From positions 25,782 to 89,781 of the forward strand of contig JAUIBQ010000001.1 in the NCBI GenBank assembly GCA_030427445.1: DNA of 64,000 nucleotides, in the 5' to 3' direction. The translations under genes and the position numbers were made by a program. This document shows, piece by piece, positions 19,817-29,757 of the stretch. The notes under the pieces were generated by a model, which was given only the letters and a program-made list of their open reading frames with translations, did no database searches and was not told where the DNA came from. Source of the DNA: a bacterium. GTDB lineage: Bacteria; Patescibacteriota; Saccharimonadia; Saccharimonadales; SZUA-47. Each line of letters opens with the position of its first letter. The stretch's first letter is position 1.

Positions 19817-20035
19817 ATGAGTATGCAAGTTAGAGAAGGACAAAAAATCAACTGGGATAGAGTTGACGTGAGAGAAATGGATACATACCCGCAAGACACA
19901 GCCGGTGTAATAGCAAATAGTGCCGTAGGCAGTGTTTGTCGTGTCGTTGCACCATGTTCAGCAATGCCAAACCTTTCTAATCCTCGAAGAGATGATTTAT
20001 CCGCAGAAAGTATGTGGGCAACCAGAAATGATTAA
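19817..20035 (+). CDS. Hypothetical protein
   Basis: AAGGAG RBS; overlaps the start of the next ORF. Confidence 0.5.
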   Translation: MSMQVREGQKINWDRVDVREMDTYPQDTAGVIANSAVGSVCRVVAPCSAMPNLSNPRRDDLSAESMWATRND

Positions 20036-20285
20036 TTTAGAAGTCCACACAGATTTAGATGGAGCAAGGGGCGGTTCAATGTACTTAGAACCTGGCCAAG
20101 ACCCTTATATATTCGTCGTCACAGTAGATAGAGATGATTTTATGCGCAGAGACGAGATCAATGTACTGACTGTTGCTGATGATCTTCCACATATTCCATT
20201 TAACTTCAATAACTATGATGAAGAGGTCACACCACCGATAAAAGTAGTGGAAGGATGTGGTAACACAGCTTGCTTGGGGTATTGA
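20028..20285 (+). CDS. Hypothetical protein
   Basis: ATG overlapping the end of the previous ORF. Confidence 0.5.
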   Translation: MINLEVHTDLDGARGGSMYLEPGQDPYIFVVTVDRDDFMRRDEINVLTVADDLPHIPFNFNNYDEEVTPPIKVVEGCGNTACLGY

Positions 20286-20308
20286 AAACTGCTATAATAC
20301 CCCTTAAG

Positions 20309-20420
20309 TTACCGAAGACAGTGGCTGAGGAAACTCTTAATCGCGCCACCGAGGACAAAATCACACTTTTGTTTTTGAGCATTAAAGCGCGTCTTCGATT
20401 AAAAGAAGACGTTTTTTATT
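20309..20420 (+). promoter_or_regulatory. Ribosomal protein L10 leader with terminator-like hairpin
   Basis: CCGAAGACAGTGG...TTAA...CCACCGAGG core, then GCGTCTTC/GAAGACGT plus T-run, upstream of rplJ. Confidence 0.8.
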
Positions 20421-20491
20421 TCTCGGTAACAAAGTTGACTTAACAAAGGTCGATACAGTCAGCAAACAAAGCTAAAGAAAGGAATACAACC

Positions 20492-21013
20492 TTGGCTTTA
20501 ACAAAAGATAAGAAACAAGAGATTGTTGTAGAACTAGCAGATCTTTTGAAGTCTTCAAAAATGACAGTTGTTAGCAAGTACGAAGGTACTACTGTGAAAG
20601 CGATGCAAGAATTGCGACGCAAAGCAGAAGAAAACGGCACCGTCATTAAAGTCGTGAAAAACCGACTTGTGAAGAAGGCGTTTGAGTCTACAGACTCACA
20701 TAAAGACGCCGACACATCAGAGCTTGCAGGCATGCTTATGTATGTTTTCAATGCTGATGATGAAGTCGCACCTGCTAAAGTTGTCCACGAAATGGCAAAA
20801 ACTGAGAAGCAGCTTGAGTTTATCGGAGCTTTCGATGAAACTGGCCGTATGCTTTCTGCTGATGAAGTAAAAGCACTCGCTCAGCTTCCAACACGTGAAG
20901 AACTTATCGCAACAGTCATCAACACACTTAAGTCTCCGGTCAACAATGTTGTCACAGGACTTGGTGGTAACCTACACGGTCTACTCGACGCAGTAGCCGC
21001 TAAAGCAAGTTAA
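20492..21013 (+). CDS. rplJ: 50S ribosomal protein L10 (TTG start)
   Basis: ELRRK, VVKNRL, LAQLPTREEL. Confidence 0.96.
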   Translation: MALTKDKKQEIVVELADLLKSSKMTVVSKYEGTTVKAMQELRRKAEENGTVIKVVKNRLVKKAFESTDSHKDADTSELAGMLMYVFNADDEVAPAKVVHEMAKTEKQLEFIGAFDETGRMLSADEVKALAQLPTREELIATVINTLKSPVNNVVTGLGGNLHGLLDAVAAKAS

Positions 21014-21031
21014 TTAAAGGAGAATCCCAAC

Positions 21032-21412
21032 ATGGCGGATGTAAAGAAACTAGCTGAAGAGCTAACAAAACTATCAGTTCTTGAAGTAAAAGAACTACAA
21101 GATATCTTAAAAGATGAGTACGGCATCGAGCCTGCAGCAGCAGCTGTTGCAGTAGCTGGTCCTGCGGCTGGTGGCGACGCTGGTGCAGCAGAAGACGAGA
21201 AGAGCGAATTTGACGTAATGCTCAAAGACGCTGGTGCTCAAAAAGTAGCAGTTATCAAAGCTGTTAAAGAAATCACTGGTCTTGGACTCGGTGAAGCAAA
21301 AGCAATCGTTGACGGCGCACCAAAAGCTGTTAAAGAAAAAGTAGCTAAAGACGAAGCTGAAGAAGCTAAGAAGAAGCTTGAAGAAGCTGGCGCTACAGTA
21401 GAACTAGTGTAG
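21032..21412 (+). CDS. rplL: 50S ribosomal protein L7/L12
   Basis: Ala-rich hinge, [30 protein letters not shown]. Confidence 0.98.
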   Translation: MADVKKLAEELTKLSVLEVKELQDILKDEYGIEPAAAAVAVAGPAAGGDAGAAEDEKSEFDVMLKDAGAQKVAVIKAVKEITGLGLGEAKAIVDGAPKAVKEKVAKDEAEEAKKKLEEAGATVELV

Positions 21413-21428
21413 TACTACTCTACTAACG

Positions 21429-21462
21429 AAAATGGATAAGATTGACTTCTTATCCATTTTTT
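21429..21462 (+). terminator. Terminator after rplL
   Basis: AAAATGGATAAGA-TTGACT-TCTTATCCATTTT perfect stem plus T-run. Confidence 0.8.
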
Positions 21463-21478
21463 ATTTTAATTAGTTTTA

Positions 21479-22813
21479 ATGAGAGCAAACATTGAAACCC
21501 TAGACAACGGCATAGATGCAGTTTTTATGCATCGACCACATTGGCAAACTTCATCTGTTTATTTAAGAGTGAATGCAGGTGGACTGCATGAAGACAGGAG
21601 TGGGCCTCAAGGAGTTGCACATTATTTTGAACATGTAACATTTCAAGGTAGTAGAGATTTTTCTGATTATACTGCATTGAATGAATTCTGCGACAACCAT
21701 TTTATCGATTACTCAAGCGGTAAAAGAAATGCAGGTACCGGAATATTAGACACAACTTACTTCGTAAACACGTACGATCTAGAGCCAGCTATGTTAGTGG
21801 TAGCGAATCTAGCCTTAGGGCCAACATTAACAGATAAAGCTATTGATAACGATCGAGACGGAATTATAAGTGAAGCACGAGGGGTATTAACGCAGCCAAA
21901 TAGAGAATTAGCTGTACAGAAAATTAAAGCTGTCTATGGTGACGAACTCAACCGATTAATCGTTGGGACTCCTGAAGACGTAAGAATGATAGATGAGAAA
22001 ATTCTTCGAGCTTTTCACGAAAGACATTACAGAACTGATAATATGCTATTGGTTATTTGTAGCGGAGAAGACGAGGAGACACAACGAAAACTAGCATCAG
22101 AAATTACTTCAGGATTTGACTTAGCTAAAGTGGGAGAAGCTACTGAAATACACCTCGATTGGCTCACTCGAGAAAATGATGGCGTACATGTATTTCATGA
22201 TGAACGAGCTAATCCTGAATCAGAAACTGAGGTTGCAATACTTTACAGTGTAGAGCCACCTAAAAGCTTAAGGGATGTGTATATACGAAATATAGCTACT
22301 ATGGCTCTGAACGGAGCAACACATGCAGTTATAAGAGATCAGTTAGGCCTTTCTTATTCAGCGTCAGCTACGCCACTTTCGATAATTAATCGAAATTTTG
22401 GAGCTGGACAAAAATACGAGTCTTTAACAACTATGACTAAGGTTTTTGGACTTGAGAATATTAAAATTGCTACTCAAGCACTAATATCCAGCGTTGTAGA
22501 CACAGCAACTTCGGAAGACCGCATTGGCAGGATATTACAGTCTTCTGCATTACAGATAAGAGACGAAGAGCAAGCAGCCCCGAGTGTAATAGCTTCAAAT
22601 ATACTTAGTAGTCCATCAGTTGAAGCGGAAGGATACTATGATACGAGAAAATCCCAGCAAGTTATAGAATCAATTTCTGTAGACGAAATTCAATACTACA
22701 TAAGAGAGATCACTGATGCACCTTCTCAAATCCACGCCACTGGACCAGACGCTAACCAGCTAAAAGAATACAAAGAGTGGGCAAGTAACGAAGTAGACGG
22801 CATAAGTTATTAG
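21479..22813 (+). CDS. M16 family (insulinase-like) metallopeptidase
   Basis: GVAHYFEHVTFQGS (HxxEH) and IRDQLGLSYS. Confidence 0.88.
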   Translation: MRANIETLDNGIDAVFMHRPHWQTSSVYLRVNAGGLHEDRSGPQGVAHYFEHVTFQGSRDFSDYTALNEFCDNHFIDYSSGKRNAGTGILDTTYFVNTYDLEPAMLVVANLALGPTLTDKAIDNDRDGIISEARGVLTQPNRELAVQKIKAVYGDELNRLIVGTPEDVRMIDEKILRAFHERHYRTDNMLLVICSGEDEETQRKLASEITSGFDLAKVGEATEIHLDWLTRENDGVHVFHDERANPESETEVAILYSVEPPKSLRDVYIRNIATMALNGATHAVIRDQLGLSYSASATPLSIINRNFGAGQKYESLTTMTKVFGLENIKIATQALISSVVDTATSEDRIGRILQSSALQIRDEEQAAPSVIASNILSSPSVEAEGYYDTRKSQQVIESISVDEIQYYIREITDAPSQIHATGPDANQLKEYKEWASNEVDGISY

Positions 22814-22825
22814 TATTTTATAAAC

Positions 22826-22834
22826 TTATCCACA
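22826..22834 (+). promoter_or_regulatory. DnaA box
   Basis: Perfect TTATCCACA just upstream of a TTGACA promoter element. Confidence 0.45.
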
Positions 22835-22939
22835 GTTTTTAGCATATTTTTGACAATATAGATTTAGCGTGATACTGTGGCTATGTATATAAAGTGTTTT
22901 TACAAATAGAAAAAACAGAAAGAACGACAGAGGCGAGAC

Positions 22940-23452
22940 ATGTCGGATATACCAGAGAAACAAATTAAAAGATTACGAAGCCTTATTGAAGAGGCTGAGA
23001 CGTCATTGGCAGCTGCAAAAGAGCTGTTGATTAGTTTAGTTGGTGACGATCCAGTAATAACAAAAAGTGTAAGCGACGATAACATCGGAAAAGTTATCGA
23101 AGGTGTTTTTGATGGCCAAAATATGGCTGGTGGAGACGGGAAAATGTACCCAGTACCTGCGAACTACGCAAGTAAATCTAAGCTTGTGCAGGGCGATATC
23201 TTAAAACTTACTATTGCAGACGATGGTAAATTCCTTTACAAGCAGATTGGCCCAATAGCTAGAAAACAAGTAGTTGGGACTTTGACGCAAAAAGAAGGAC
23301 ACTACGTCGTAACGGTGGGAGAAAAGGAATACAGAGTATTACTTGCGAGCGTTACGTACTTCAAAGCAAAACCAGGCGACCAAGTAAGTGTAAATGTGCC
23401 AGAAGACGATTCTATGGATGTCGAATGGGCAGCACTCGAAGCAGCTCTGTAA
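22940..23452 (+). CDS. Conserved hypothetical protein
   Basis: IEGVFDGQNM...YPVPANYASKSKLV...LASVTYF looks like a conserved family; function unknown. Confidence 0.75.
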   Translation: MSDIPEKQIKRLRSLIEEAETSLAAAKELLISLVGDDPVITKSVSDDNIGKVIEGVFDGQNMAGGDGKMYPVPANYASKSKLVQGDILKLTIADDGKFLYKQIGPIARKQVVGTLTQKEGHYVVTVGEKEYRVLLASVTYFKAKPGDQVSVNVPEDDSMDVEWAALEAAL

Positions 23453-23461
23453 GAAGTAGGC

Positions 23462-23881
23462 ATGTCACGTATACAAACGTATGATGCTACAAAGCATCTA
23501 AGAGATAGCCGTGCGGCAGTGCCTGATGATTTTCCATTTGAACGATTTGAAGGAGTATCTCCAGCAGTACTCAAAGGCTACCAGGAGTTATGGGTGCCTA
23601 TCCATATGCGAATGTGGTTAATGGATAGACTCCCAGAAGCTTCACAGAGAAGAATATTTGAAAATAAAACTAAAGCAATCCTCCATCGAGTTGGCGATCA
23701 AGTTGATAACCAAAGAGCGTTGGCGGAATCAGCTCTTTCAGCTGGTGATTTAGAATTAGCCGAAAATCATGAATTTCTTATTCATAGATATACAAGAGAA
23801 CACCTTGATTTATCAAACATTCATAAGTACTCAGTAACTGCTGAGCTAGGCAAGCTTGCAGTAAACCCTTTCGGGGCTTAG
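23462..23881 (+). CDS. Hypothetical protein
   Basis: 139-aa co-oriented ORF. Confidence 0.6.
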   Translation: MSRIQTYDATKHLRDSRAAVPDDFPFERFEGVSPAVLKGYQELWVPIHMRMWLMDRLPEASQRRIFENKTKAILHRVGDQVDNQRALAESALSAGDLELAENHEFLIHRYTREHLDLSNIHKYSVTAELGKLAVNPFGA

Positions 23882-23921
23882 ATAGCTCCATTAGCACACC
23901 TTTTACTATATAATTGAAGTA

Positions 23922-24518
23922 ATGGCTAAGTTGTATTTTAGATATGGGGCGATGAACTGCGGGAAAACTACAGCATTACTTCAAGTAGCTCATAACTACG
24001 AGGAACGTGGACTTAACGTGTTAATTATCAAGCCTAAAGTAGACACAAAAGGTGGCGACACCATAGTCTCACGCATCGGTGCCAGCAGAAAAGTGGATTT
24101 CCTCGCAGATGATGACATGCAACTTTATGACACGATTCATCAGTGGGATAAAGATGTTGAGGCCATCGACTGCGTGCTCGTAGATGAGTCGCAGTTTTTA
24201 TTGAAACTTCATGTTGAGCAGCTTTTTAACACAACAGTGTACGATGACATACCTGTAATCTGCTATGGACTCAGGACTGACTTTAAAACTCAGCTTTTCC
24301 CAGGTGCTGAGAGACTTTTAGCGCTTGCACACTCTATTGAAGAGATGAAAACGATCTGTCGATGCGGTAAAAAGGCGTTATTTAACGCTCGCTTTGCAGA
24401 TGGGCGATTCTCAATCGAGGGATCACAAGTTGAGATTGACAACCAGGCTGAAATCGAGTACATCAGCCTTTGCGCAGATTGTTACTTCAGAGAACTTGAA
24501 CATACAATCAAACACTAA
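23922..24518 (+). CDS. tdk: Thymidine kinase
   Basis: GAMNCGKT, VDESQF, YGLRTDF, CRCG...CADC. Confidence 0.96.
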   Translation: MAKLYFRYGAMNCGKTTALLQVAHNYEERGLNVLIIKPKVDTKGGDTIVSRIGASRKVDFLADDDMQLYDTIHQWDKDVEAIDCVLVDESQFLLKLHVEQLFNTTVYDDIPVICYGLRTDFKTQLFPGAERLLALAHSIEEMKTICRCGKKALFNARFADGRFSIEGSQVEIDNQAEIEYISLCADCYFRELEHTIKH

Positions 24519-24575
24519 ACGTTGTAATTTCAAAATTGCGAAAACACTCTCTTCTACTGCATAATTTATAGCTAG

Positions 24576-26087
24576 ATGAGTAAGGTACTTTACAGGGAAT
24601 ACCGCCCGCGTTCTCTTGACGACGTCAAAGGTCAGGATCACATCGTTAATGCACTGAAAAATGCACTAAAGAACGATGCAGTCGCTCATGCGTACCTTTT
24701 CACAGGCTCTCATGGAGTTGGCAAAACATCGGTCGCTCGAATACTAGCGCACCTTATCAACGACCTTGAGTACACAGGAGAAAATGAACATCTAGATATT
24801 ATCGAAATCGATGCTGCGAGTAACCGACGAATAGATGAAATCCGCGAACTACGAGAAAAAGCGTTCGTGGCACCAACGAGTGCAAAGTATAAAGTCTACA
24901 TCATCGATGAAGTTCACATGTTAACTCGTGAAGCGTTTAACGCGCTACTTAAAACACTAGAGGAACCACCCGAGCATTCAATCTTTATCCTAGCGACAAC
25001 CGAAGCTCACAAAGTACCTAGCACTATCATCAGCCGTACTCAGCGCTTTAGCTTCAAGCCTCAGGAAACTGACTCACTTGAAAGCAGACTCAAACACATC
25101 GCAGATAAAGAAAAGATTACAATAGACCCAAAAGCACTCACTCTGCTAGCGCGGCATTCGAATAGCAGTTTCCGTGATGCAATCAGCCTGCTTGATCAGG
25201 TTAAAAATATTAAAGATGGGGGTGAAATTACTGAGGATGATGTATCTCAAGTGATTGGTGTGCCTTCAACTGAACTTCTCGACAGCCTAACTGCAAGTTT
25301 AGATAAAAATGATTCTACGCTGTTGTTCACTACGACAGAAGAGCTCCGCAACCAAGGAATATCAGCTTCTGTTGTCGCACAAGAATTACTACGTGAACTA
25401 CGAGGTAAACTAAAGACTAACAGCAATCAATCATCGACGTATGTGACGGTCATGAAAACATTGCTGGAAACTATGAACCATTCTACATTTGACATTATCG
25501 AAGTTGCCATGTTGCAAGCAATGCAAGGCGAGAAGAATGACGGTGTACCAGCGCCGAAAAAAACCACAGAAATTCAACCTGAGCCAGTAAAAGTACAGCC
25601 TGAATCACACTCAAAACAGGAAGTAGCACCAGAGCCTGAGCCAGAAAGTAAGGCAACAGAAGAAAACGAGCCTGAAAAACAAGCTGAATCAGTGGCTAGA
25701 CCTGTGAGCAGCAATAAGTCCACGAACGGAATTGTAACATGGGATGATGTACTTTTAGCTCTGAAAGGCCACCACAACACGCTTTATGGCGTACTGAAGA
25801 TGTCTCAAGCAACACTTCGAGATGATTCAGTGGACATCACGTTTCGTTTTGCATTTCATGAGAAGCAGTTCCTGCAATCTAAACACACAAGTGTTCTAAA
25901 AAATATTCTGAAAGAAAGGTCAGGCAAAGATTTCTCAATCACTACAAATGTGAATTCAGCCCAACAGACACCCAGCACTCCTTCACCACAGCCATCGCAG
26001 CCACAAAGCCAACCTCAGTCTGGTAAAAAAGAAACAGAAATAGCAAACGTAAGCAATATTTTCTCAGGAGCGGAACTGCTAGAATAA
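24576..26087 (+). CDS. dnaX: DNA polymerase III subunit gamma/tau
   Basis: LYREYRP, GVGKTS, EIDAAS, IIDEVHML, NALLKTLEEPP. Confidence 0.97.
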   Translation: MSKVLYREYRPRSLDDVKGQDHIVNALKNALKNDAVAHAYLFTGSHGVGKTSVARILAHLINDLEYTGENEHLDIIEIDAASNRRIDEIRELREKAFVAPTSAKYKVYIIDEVHMLTREAFNALLKTLEEPPEHSIFILATTEAHKVPSTIISRTQRFSFKPQETDSLESRLKHIADKEKITIDPKALTLLARHSNSSFRDAISLLDQVKNIKDGGEITEDDVSQVIGVPSTELLDSLTASLDKNDSTLLFTTTEELRNQGISASVVAQELLRELRGKLKTNSNQSSTYVTVMKTLLETMNHSTFDIIEVAMLQAMQGEKNDGVPAPKKTTEIQPEPVKVQPESHSKQEVAPEPEPESKATEENEPEKQAESVARPVSSNKSTNGIVTWDDVLLALKGHHNTLYGVLKMSQATLRDDSVDITFRFAFHEKQFLQSKHTSVLKNILKERSGKDFSITTNVNSAQQTPSTPSPQPSQPQSQPQSGKKETEIANVSNIFSGAELLE

Positions 26088-26116
26088 CTAGCATAGAGAG
26101 CAGGGCGTAAAAATAA

Positions 26117-27466
26117 GTGGATAATAAATCTCAACCTAACAGTGTAGATGTCGAGGCAAGTGTACTCGGCGCGATTTTGATAGACCCAGATGCAATTGTC
26201 AAAATTGCGGATACCCTGCGACCTAACGACTTTTATGATGAGCGTCACCGTGTCATTTACGAGGCATGCATTAGTCTTTACGACGAAGGGCAGCCGATAG
26301 ATGTCATTACGCTAAGCGAAGAACTGCGTAAAGAAGGAACATTGCAAGACGTAGGTGGAAGTAGTTACATAACACAGCTTACAAACACTGTTCCATCTAG
26401 CGCCAACGCAGAGCAGTACGCGTCAATTATCTCTACTAAGTCAATTCGTCGTCGTCTAATCAACGCAAGTAATGAAATTGCGAAAATCGGAGCTGATGAA
26501 AAACGCACAATAGCAGAGCTCGTCGAAGAGGCTGAGTCTCGTCTGTTTGACGTAAGCAAACAGCACGTTGGAAATGACTTAGTGTCACTGGAGGATATCC
26601 TCTCGGATAGCTTTGATCGTCTCGACTCACTACACAAAGATAAAGGGAAGCTCCGCGGCATCCCGACAGGATTTAAAGATCTCGATAGTATGCTCGCAGG
26701 GTTTCAGAAGAGTGACTTAATCATTCTAGCTGCACGTCCTGCGATGGGTAAGACTGCGATGTCACTCAACTTAGCGCAAAACATTTCGATAAAAGCGAAA
26801 GAACCCGTGCTACTTTTTGCGCTTGAAATGAGCAAGGAACAATTAGTCGATAGAATGCTTGCGAGCGAAGCAGGCGTTCACTCATGGAATCTGCGTACTG
26901 GTAACCTTACTGACAGCGATTTTGAAAAGCTAGGTCATGCGATGGGCTCGTTAGGTGAAGCAAAACTTTATATTGATGATACTCCAGGTATCACTGTGTC
27001 TGATATTCGTACAAAGGCACGCCGTGAAGCTCACAAGCACCCACTTGGACTCATTATCGTCGACTACCTGCAGCTTATGAGTGGTGGAAGTCGATTTAGC
27101 GGTAGCGATAACCGTGTACAAGAGATTTCCGAAATCTCACGTGGCCTCAAGCTAATTGCTCGAGAATTAAATGTTCCAGTTCTTGCATTAAGTCAGCTCT
27201 CTCGTTCTGTCGAGAGTAGAACACCTAAAATCCCGCAGCTAGCCGACCTTCGTGAATCAGGATCTATCGAGCAAGACGCCGACCTTGTGATGTTCCTCTA
27301 TCGTGACGATTACTACAATCCAGAAACAACCGAAAAACCTAATGTGCTAGATGTATTAATATCAAAGCACAGAAACGGTCCAACCGGCAAAGTAGAGCTC
27401 TACTTCGATAGAGAAAAACAGAAGATTTTTAACCTCGACCGTAAACACGAAGACCCATTTGAATAG
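26117..27466 (+). CDS. dnaB: Replicative DNA helicase
   Basis: AARPAMGKT, VDYLQLM, LSQLSR, DLRESGSIEQDAD. Confidence 0.98.
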   Translation: MDNKSQPNSVDVEASVLGAILIDPDAIVKIADTLRPNDFYDERHRVIYEACISLYDEGQPIDVITLSEELRKEGTLQDVGGSSYITQLTNTVPSSANAEQYASIISTKSIRRRLINASNEIAKIGADEKRTIAELVEEAESRLFDVSKQHVGNDLVSLEDILSDSFDRLDSLHKDKGKLRGIPTGFKDLDSMLAGFQKSDLIILAARPAMGKTAMSLNLAQNISIKAKEPVLLFALEMSKEQLVDRMLASEAGVHSWNLRTGNLTDSDFEKLGHAMGSLGEAKLYIDDTPGITVSDIRTKARREAHKHPLGLIIVDYLQLMSGGSRFSGSDNRVQEISEISRGLKLIARELNVPVLALSQLSRSVESRTPKIPQLADLRESGSIEQDADLVMFLYRDDYYNPETTEKPNVLDVLISKHRNGPTGKVELYFDREKQKIFNLDRKHEDPFE

Positions 27467-27529
27467 CCCTTGGAAGATTGCATTTTATTCGAGTAGTATA
27501 ACTGTTATACTTGAGACAACGATAGAGAT

Positions 27530-28780
27530 ATGAAACGAATAAAAAGTCTTTTTAGTGGTGGGGTACGTAACGAGAGGATAGCTCAGTTTTTTAGTAACAT
27601 GCGCTCAAAAATCCCTAAAAAAACACCACAAATTATCGCTGGGTGTATTTTTTTTAGTGCAATTGCAGGATTCAGCATTTGGGTACTGTCGCAAATACCA
27701 GAGCGCGCTTCATCTTTGGAAGTTGTAAATACGATGCAAGCAGAATCCTGGGAAGAGATTTTACGCAACCCATTATATCTGCCATATAAACTAGCATCCT
27801 TCTTACTGCTACTCTTTACCGACAGTGTTCGTTCTGTGCGAGCTGTAAGTATCGTCGTGTTTATGATGTGCGGAGTAGCTTTATTTAGCCTACTCAAACG
27901 ATGGCACTCTACACGCGTAGCAGTGCTCACTTTATTGCTTTTCGCAACGAATGCAACAGTACTGACCATCTCTCGTCTCGCAGACCCGTTAGTGATGCTG
28001 TTTTCATGGTCTATTTTATTAAGTATTCTTTTGTGGCTACTTCACAGCAACTCTAAGCATATTGCGCCAGTCTCACTTGCTATCGTCGGAGTTTTGCTAC
28101 TCTATATACCTGGATCTATCTATGTGTTTTTTGTTCTTGCTTTATTGTTCTCTAACAGGATAAAAGGATTCTTGCGAGGGTTGTCACTACGCTCGATTAT
28201 CATCTCTACGATAGTTCTTTTCATTGCGGTGGGACCACTGATTTTTGCGAGCATGAATGATGTTGGTGTTATTCGTGCATGGCTACTACTGCCTGAAAGT
28301 ATTATCCTCTTTGATATACCGAAAAATATCTTGGCTGTCCCTAGTAGCTACTTCTATCGTTTTCAGATAGCCGACCCACTCATCACCGTCGGCAGACTTC
28401 CTATCTTAGATATCGCAAGTGGTGCGCTAATGATACTCGGCGCGTATAGTTACTACAGAAACCGTGTGCTTGAGCGGACTAAAATCCTTGTTCTAGGAAG
28501 CTTACTCGCAGTTTTACTCGGAGCTCTCGGGCAAGTCAGACTAGGAGTTGCGATATTTTTGCCGTTTGCTTTTATCCTCATGGCGGGAGGCATTTCTTAC
28601 CTACTAGACCTTTGGTATTCAGTGTTCCCTAAGAACCCGCTCGCGCGCACGATTGCATTCGTGTTTATAGGATTAATCGTTCTTGCAAGCGCCTCGTACC
28701 AGCTAAAGAAATTCTTCGTCGTCTGGCCAAACACACCTGAAACATACGAGACGTATGACCAGCCTCGTTTGATACAATAA
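27530..28780 (+). CDS. Polytopic membrane protein, GT-C/PMT-like glycosyltransferase
   Basis: About 10 TM helices with an NPLY loop motif near the N-terminus. Confidence 0.6.
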   Translation: MKRIKSLFSGGVRNERIAQFFSNMRSKIPKKTPQIIAGCIFFSAIAGFSIWVLSQIPERASSLEVVNTMQAESWEEILRNPLYLPYKLASFLLLLFTDSVRSVRAVSIVVFMMCGVALFSLLKRWHSTRVAVLTLLLFATNATVLTISRLADPLVMLFSWSILLSILLWLLHSNSKHIAPVSLAIVGVLLLYIPGSIYVFFVLALLFSNRIKGFLRGLSLRSIIISTIVLFIAVGPLIFASMNDVGVIRAWLLLPESIILFDIPKNILAVPSSYFYRFQIADPLITVGRLPILDIASGALMILGAYSYYRNRVLERTKILVLGSLLAVLLGALGQVRLGVAIFLPFAFILMAGGISYLLDLWYSVFPKNPLARTIAFVFIGLIVLASASYQLKKFFVVWPNTPETYETYDQPRLIQ

Positions 28781-28818
28781 ATACATTAAGTAATTCTATG
28801 CACTAAGGGAGTACATGA

Positions 28819-29112
28819 ATGAGTAAGTTCGATCAAGCGAAAATGCTGATGCAGATGCGTAAAGTACAAAAAGAACTTCAAAAAGAAGTCATCAGAGCTG
28901 AAGCAGGCGATGGCGCTGTCACAGTAGATATCAACGGTGAGATGAAAATCAAAAATATTTCTATTGATCCAGAAGCTGTGGACCTCGACGACATCGGTCA
29001 ACTCGAAAATTGGGTTGAAGAAGCTGTCAAAGCTGCAATGGAGCAAAGCCAGAAACTAGCTGCTGAGAAAATGCAACCAATGATGGGTAGCCTCGGCAAC
29101 CTAGGCATGTAA
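28819..29112 (+). CDS. ybaB: Nucleoid-associated protein YbaB/EbfC
   Basis: AGDGAVTVDING motif; directly upstream of recR. Confidence 0.93.
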   Translation: MSKFDQAKMLMQMRKVQKELQKEVIRAEAGDGAVTVDINGEMKIKNISIDPEAVDLDDIGQLENWVEEAVKAAMEQSQKLAAEKMQPMMGSLGNLGM

Positions 29113-29126
29113 GTAAGCTTCTCACC

Positions 29127-29738
29127 GTGAAGTATGTACCAAAAGCAGTTCAAGACGCTATTGATGCGTTATCTAAACTCCCTGGCGTAGGCCCAAGGAG
29201 TGCTGAGCGCTATGCATACTTTTTGTTTAAAAATGATGCTCGAATAGCTTCAGCGCTATCAGATAGTCTTTCTTCACTTCATGAAGATGTGAAGTATTGC
29301 CCAGTTACACATGTACTCATTAATAAAGACCAGGAAGTTTCACCACTTTACGAGAATCCCAATCGCGATAAAAAACTCATCGCTGTCGTCGCTGAACCAT
29401 TCGACGCTATTGCACTAGAAAAAGCTGGCGTGTTTAAAGGCACGTACCACTCGCTAGGAGGTTTACTCTCTCCTTTAGATGGAATCTCTGAAGACTCCTT
29501 GCACATCACGTCACTGTTAGAGCGGATTGAAACAGATGAAGTAAACGAAATTATCCTCGCTACTAGCTCATCGGTGGAAGGTGAGAGTACTGCACTCTAC
29601 ATCCAAAAACTCGTGAATGATAAATACCCCGACGTGACTGTCACTCGTCTTGCTAGAGGGCTTCCGATGGGTACTGATTTAGAATACGCAGATCACGTAA
29701 CACTCGGTCGTGCTTTTGAGCATCGCCAACACTTCTAG
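29127..29738 (+). CDS. recR: Recombination mediator RecR
   Basis: LPGVGPRSAER, LGGLLSPLDG, EGESTALY, GTDLEYAD. Confidence 0.96.
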   Translation: MKYVPKAVQDAIDALSKLPGVGPRSAERYAYFLFKNDARIASALSDSLSSLHEDVKYCPVTHVLINKDQEVSPLYENPNRDKKLIAVVAEPFDAIALEKAGVFKGTYHSLGGLLSPLDGISEDSLHITSLLERIETDEVNEIILATSSSVEGESTALYIQKLVNDKYPDVTVTRLARGLPMGTDLEYADHVTLGRAFEHRQHF

Positions 29739-29757
29739 TGGTATACTGTTATCTATA

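Noticed and set aside
22826..22900. Replication origin
   Set aside because: Only one perfect DnaA box, with no box cluster and no dnaA or dnaN nearby.
25540..26030. Pro/Glu/Gln-rich low-complexity stretches in dnaX
   Set aside because: Typical disordered tau linker, not a DNA repeat element.
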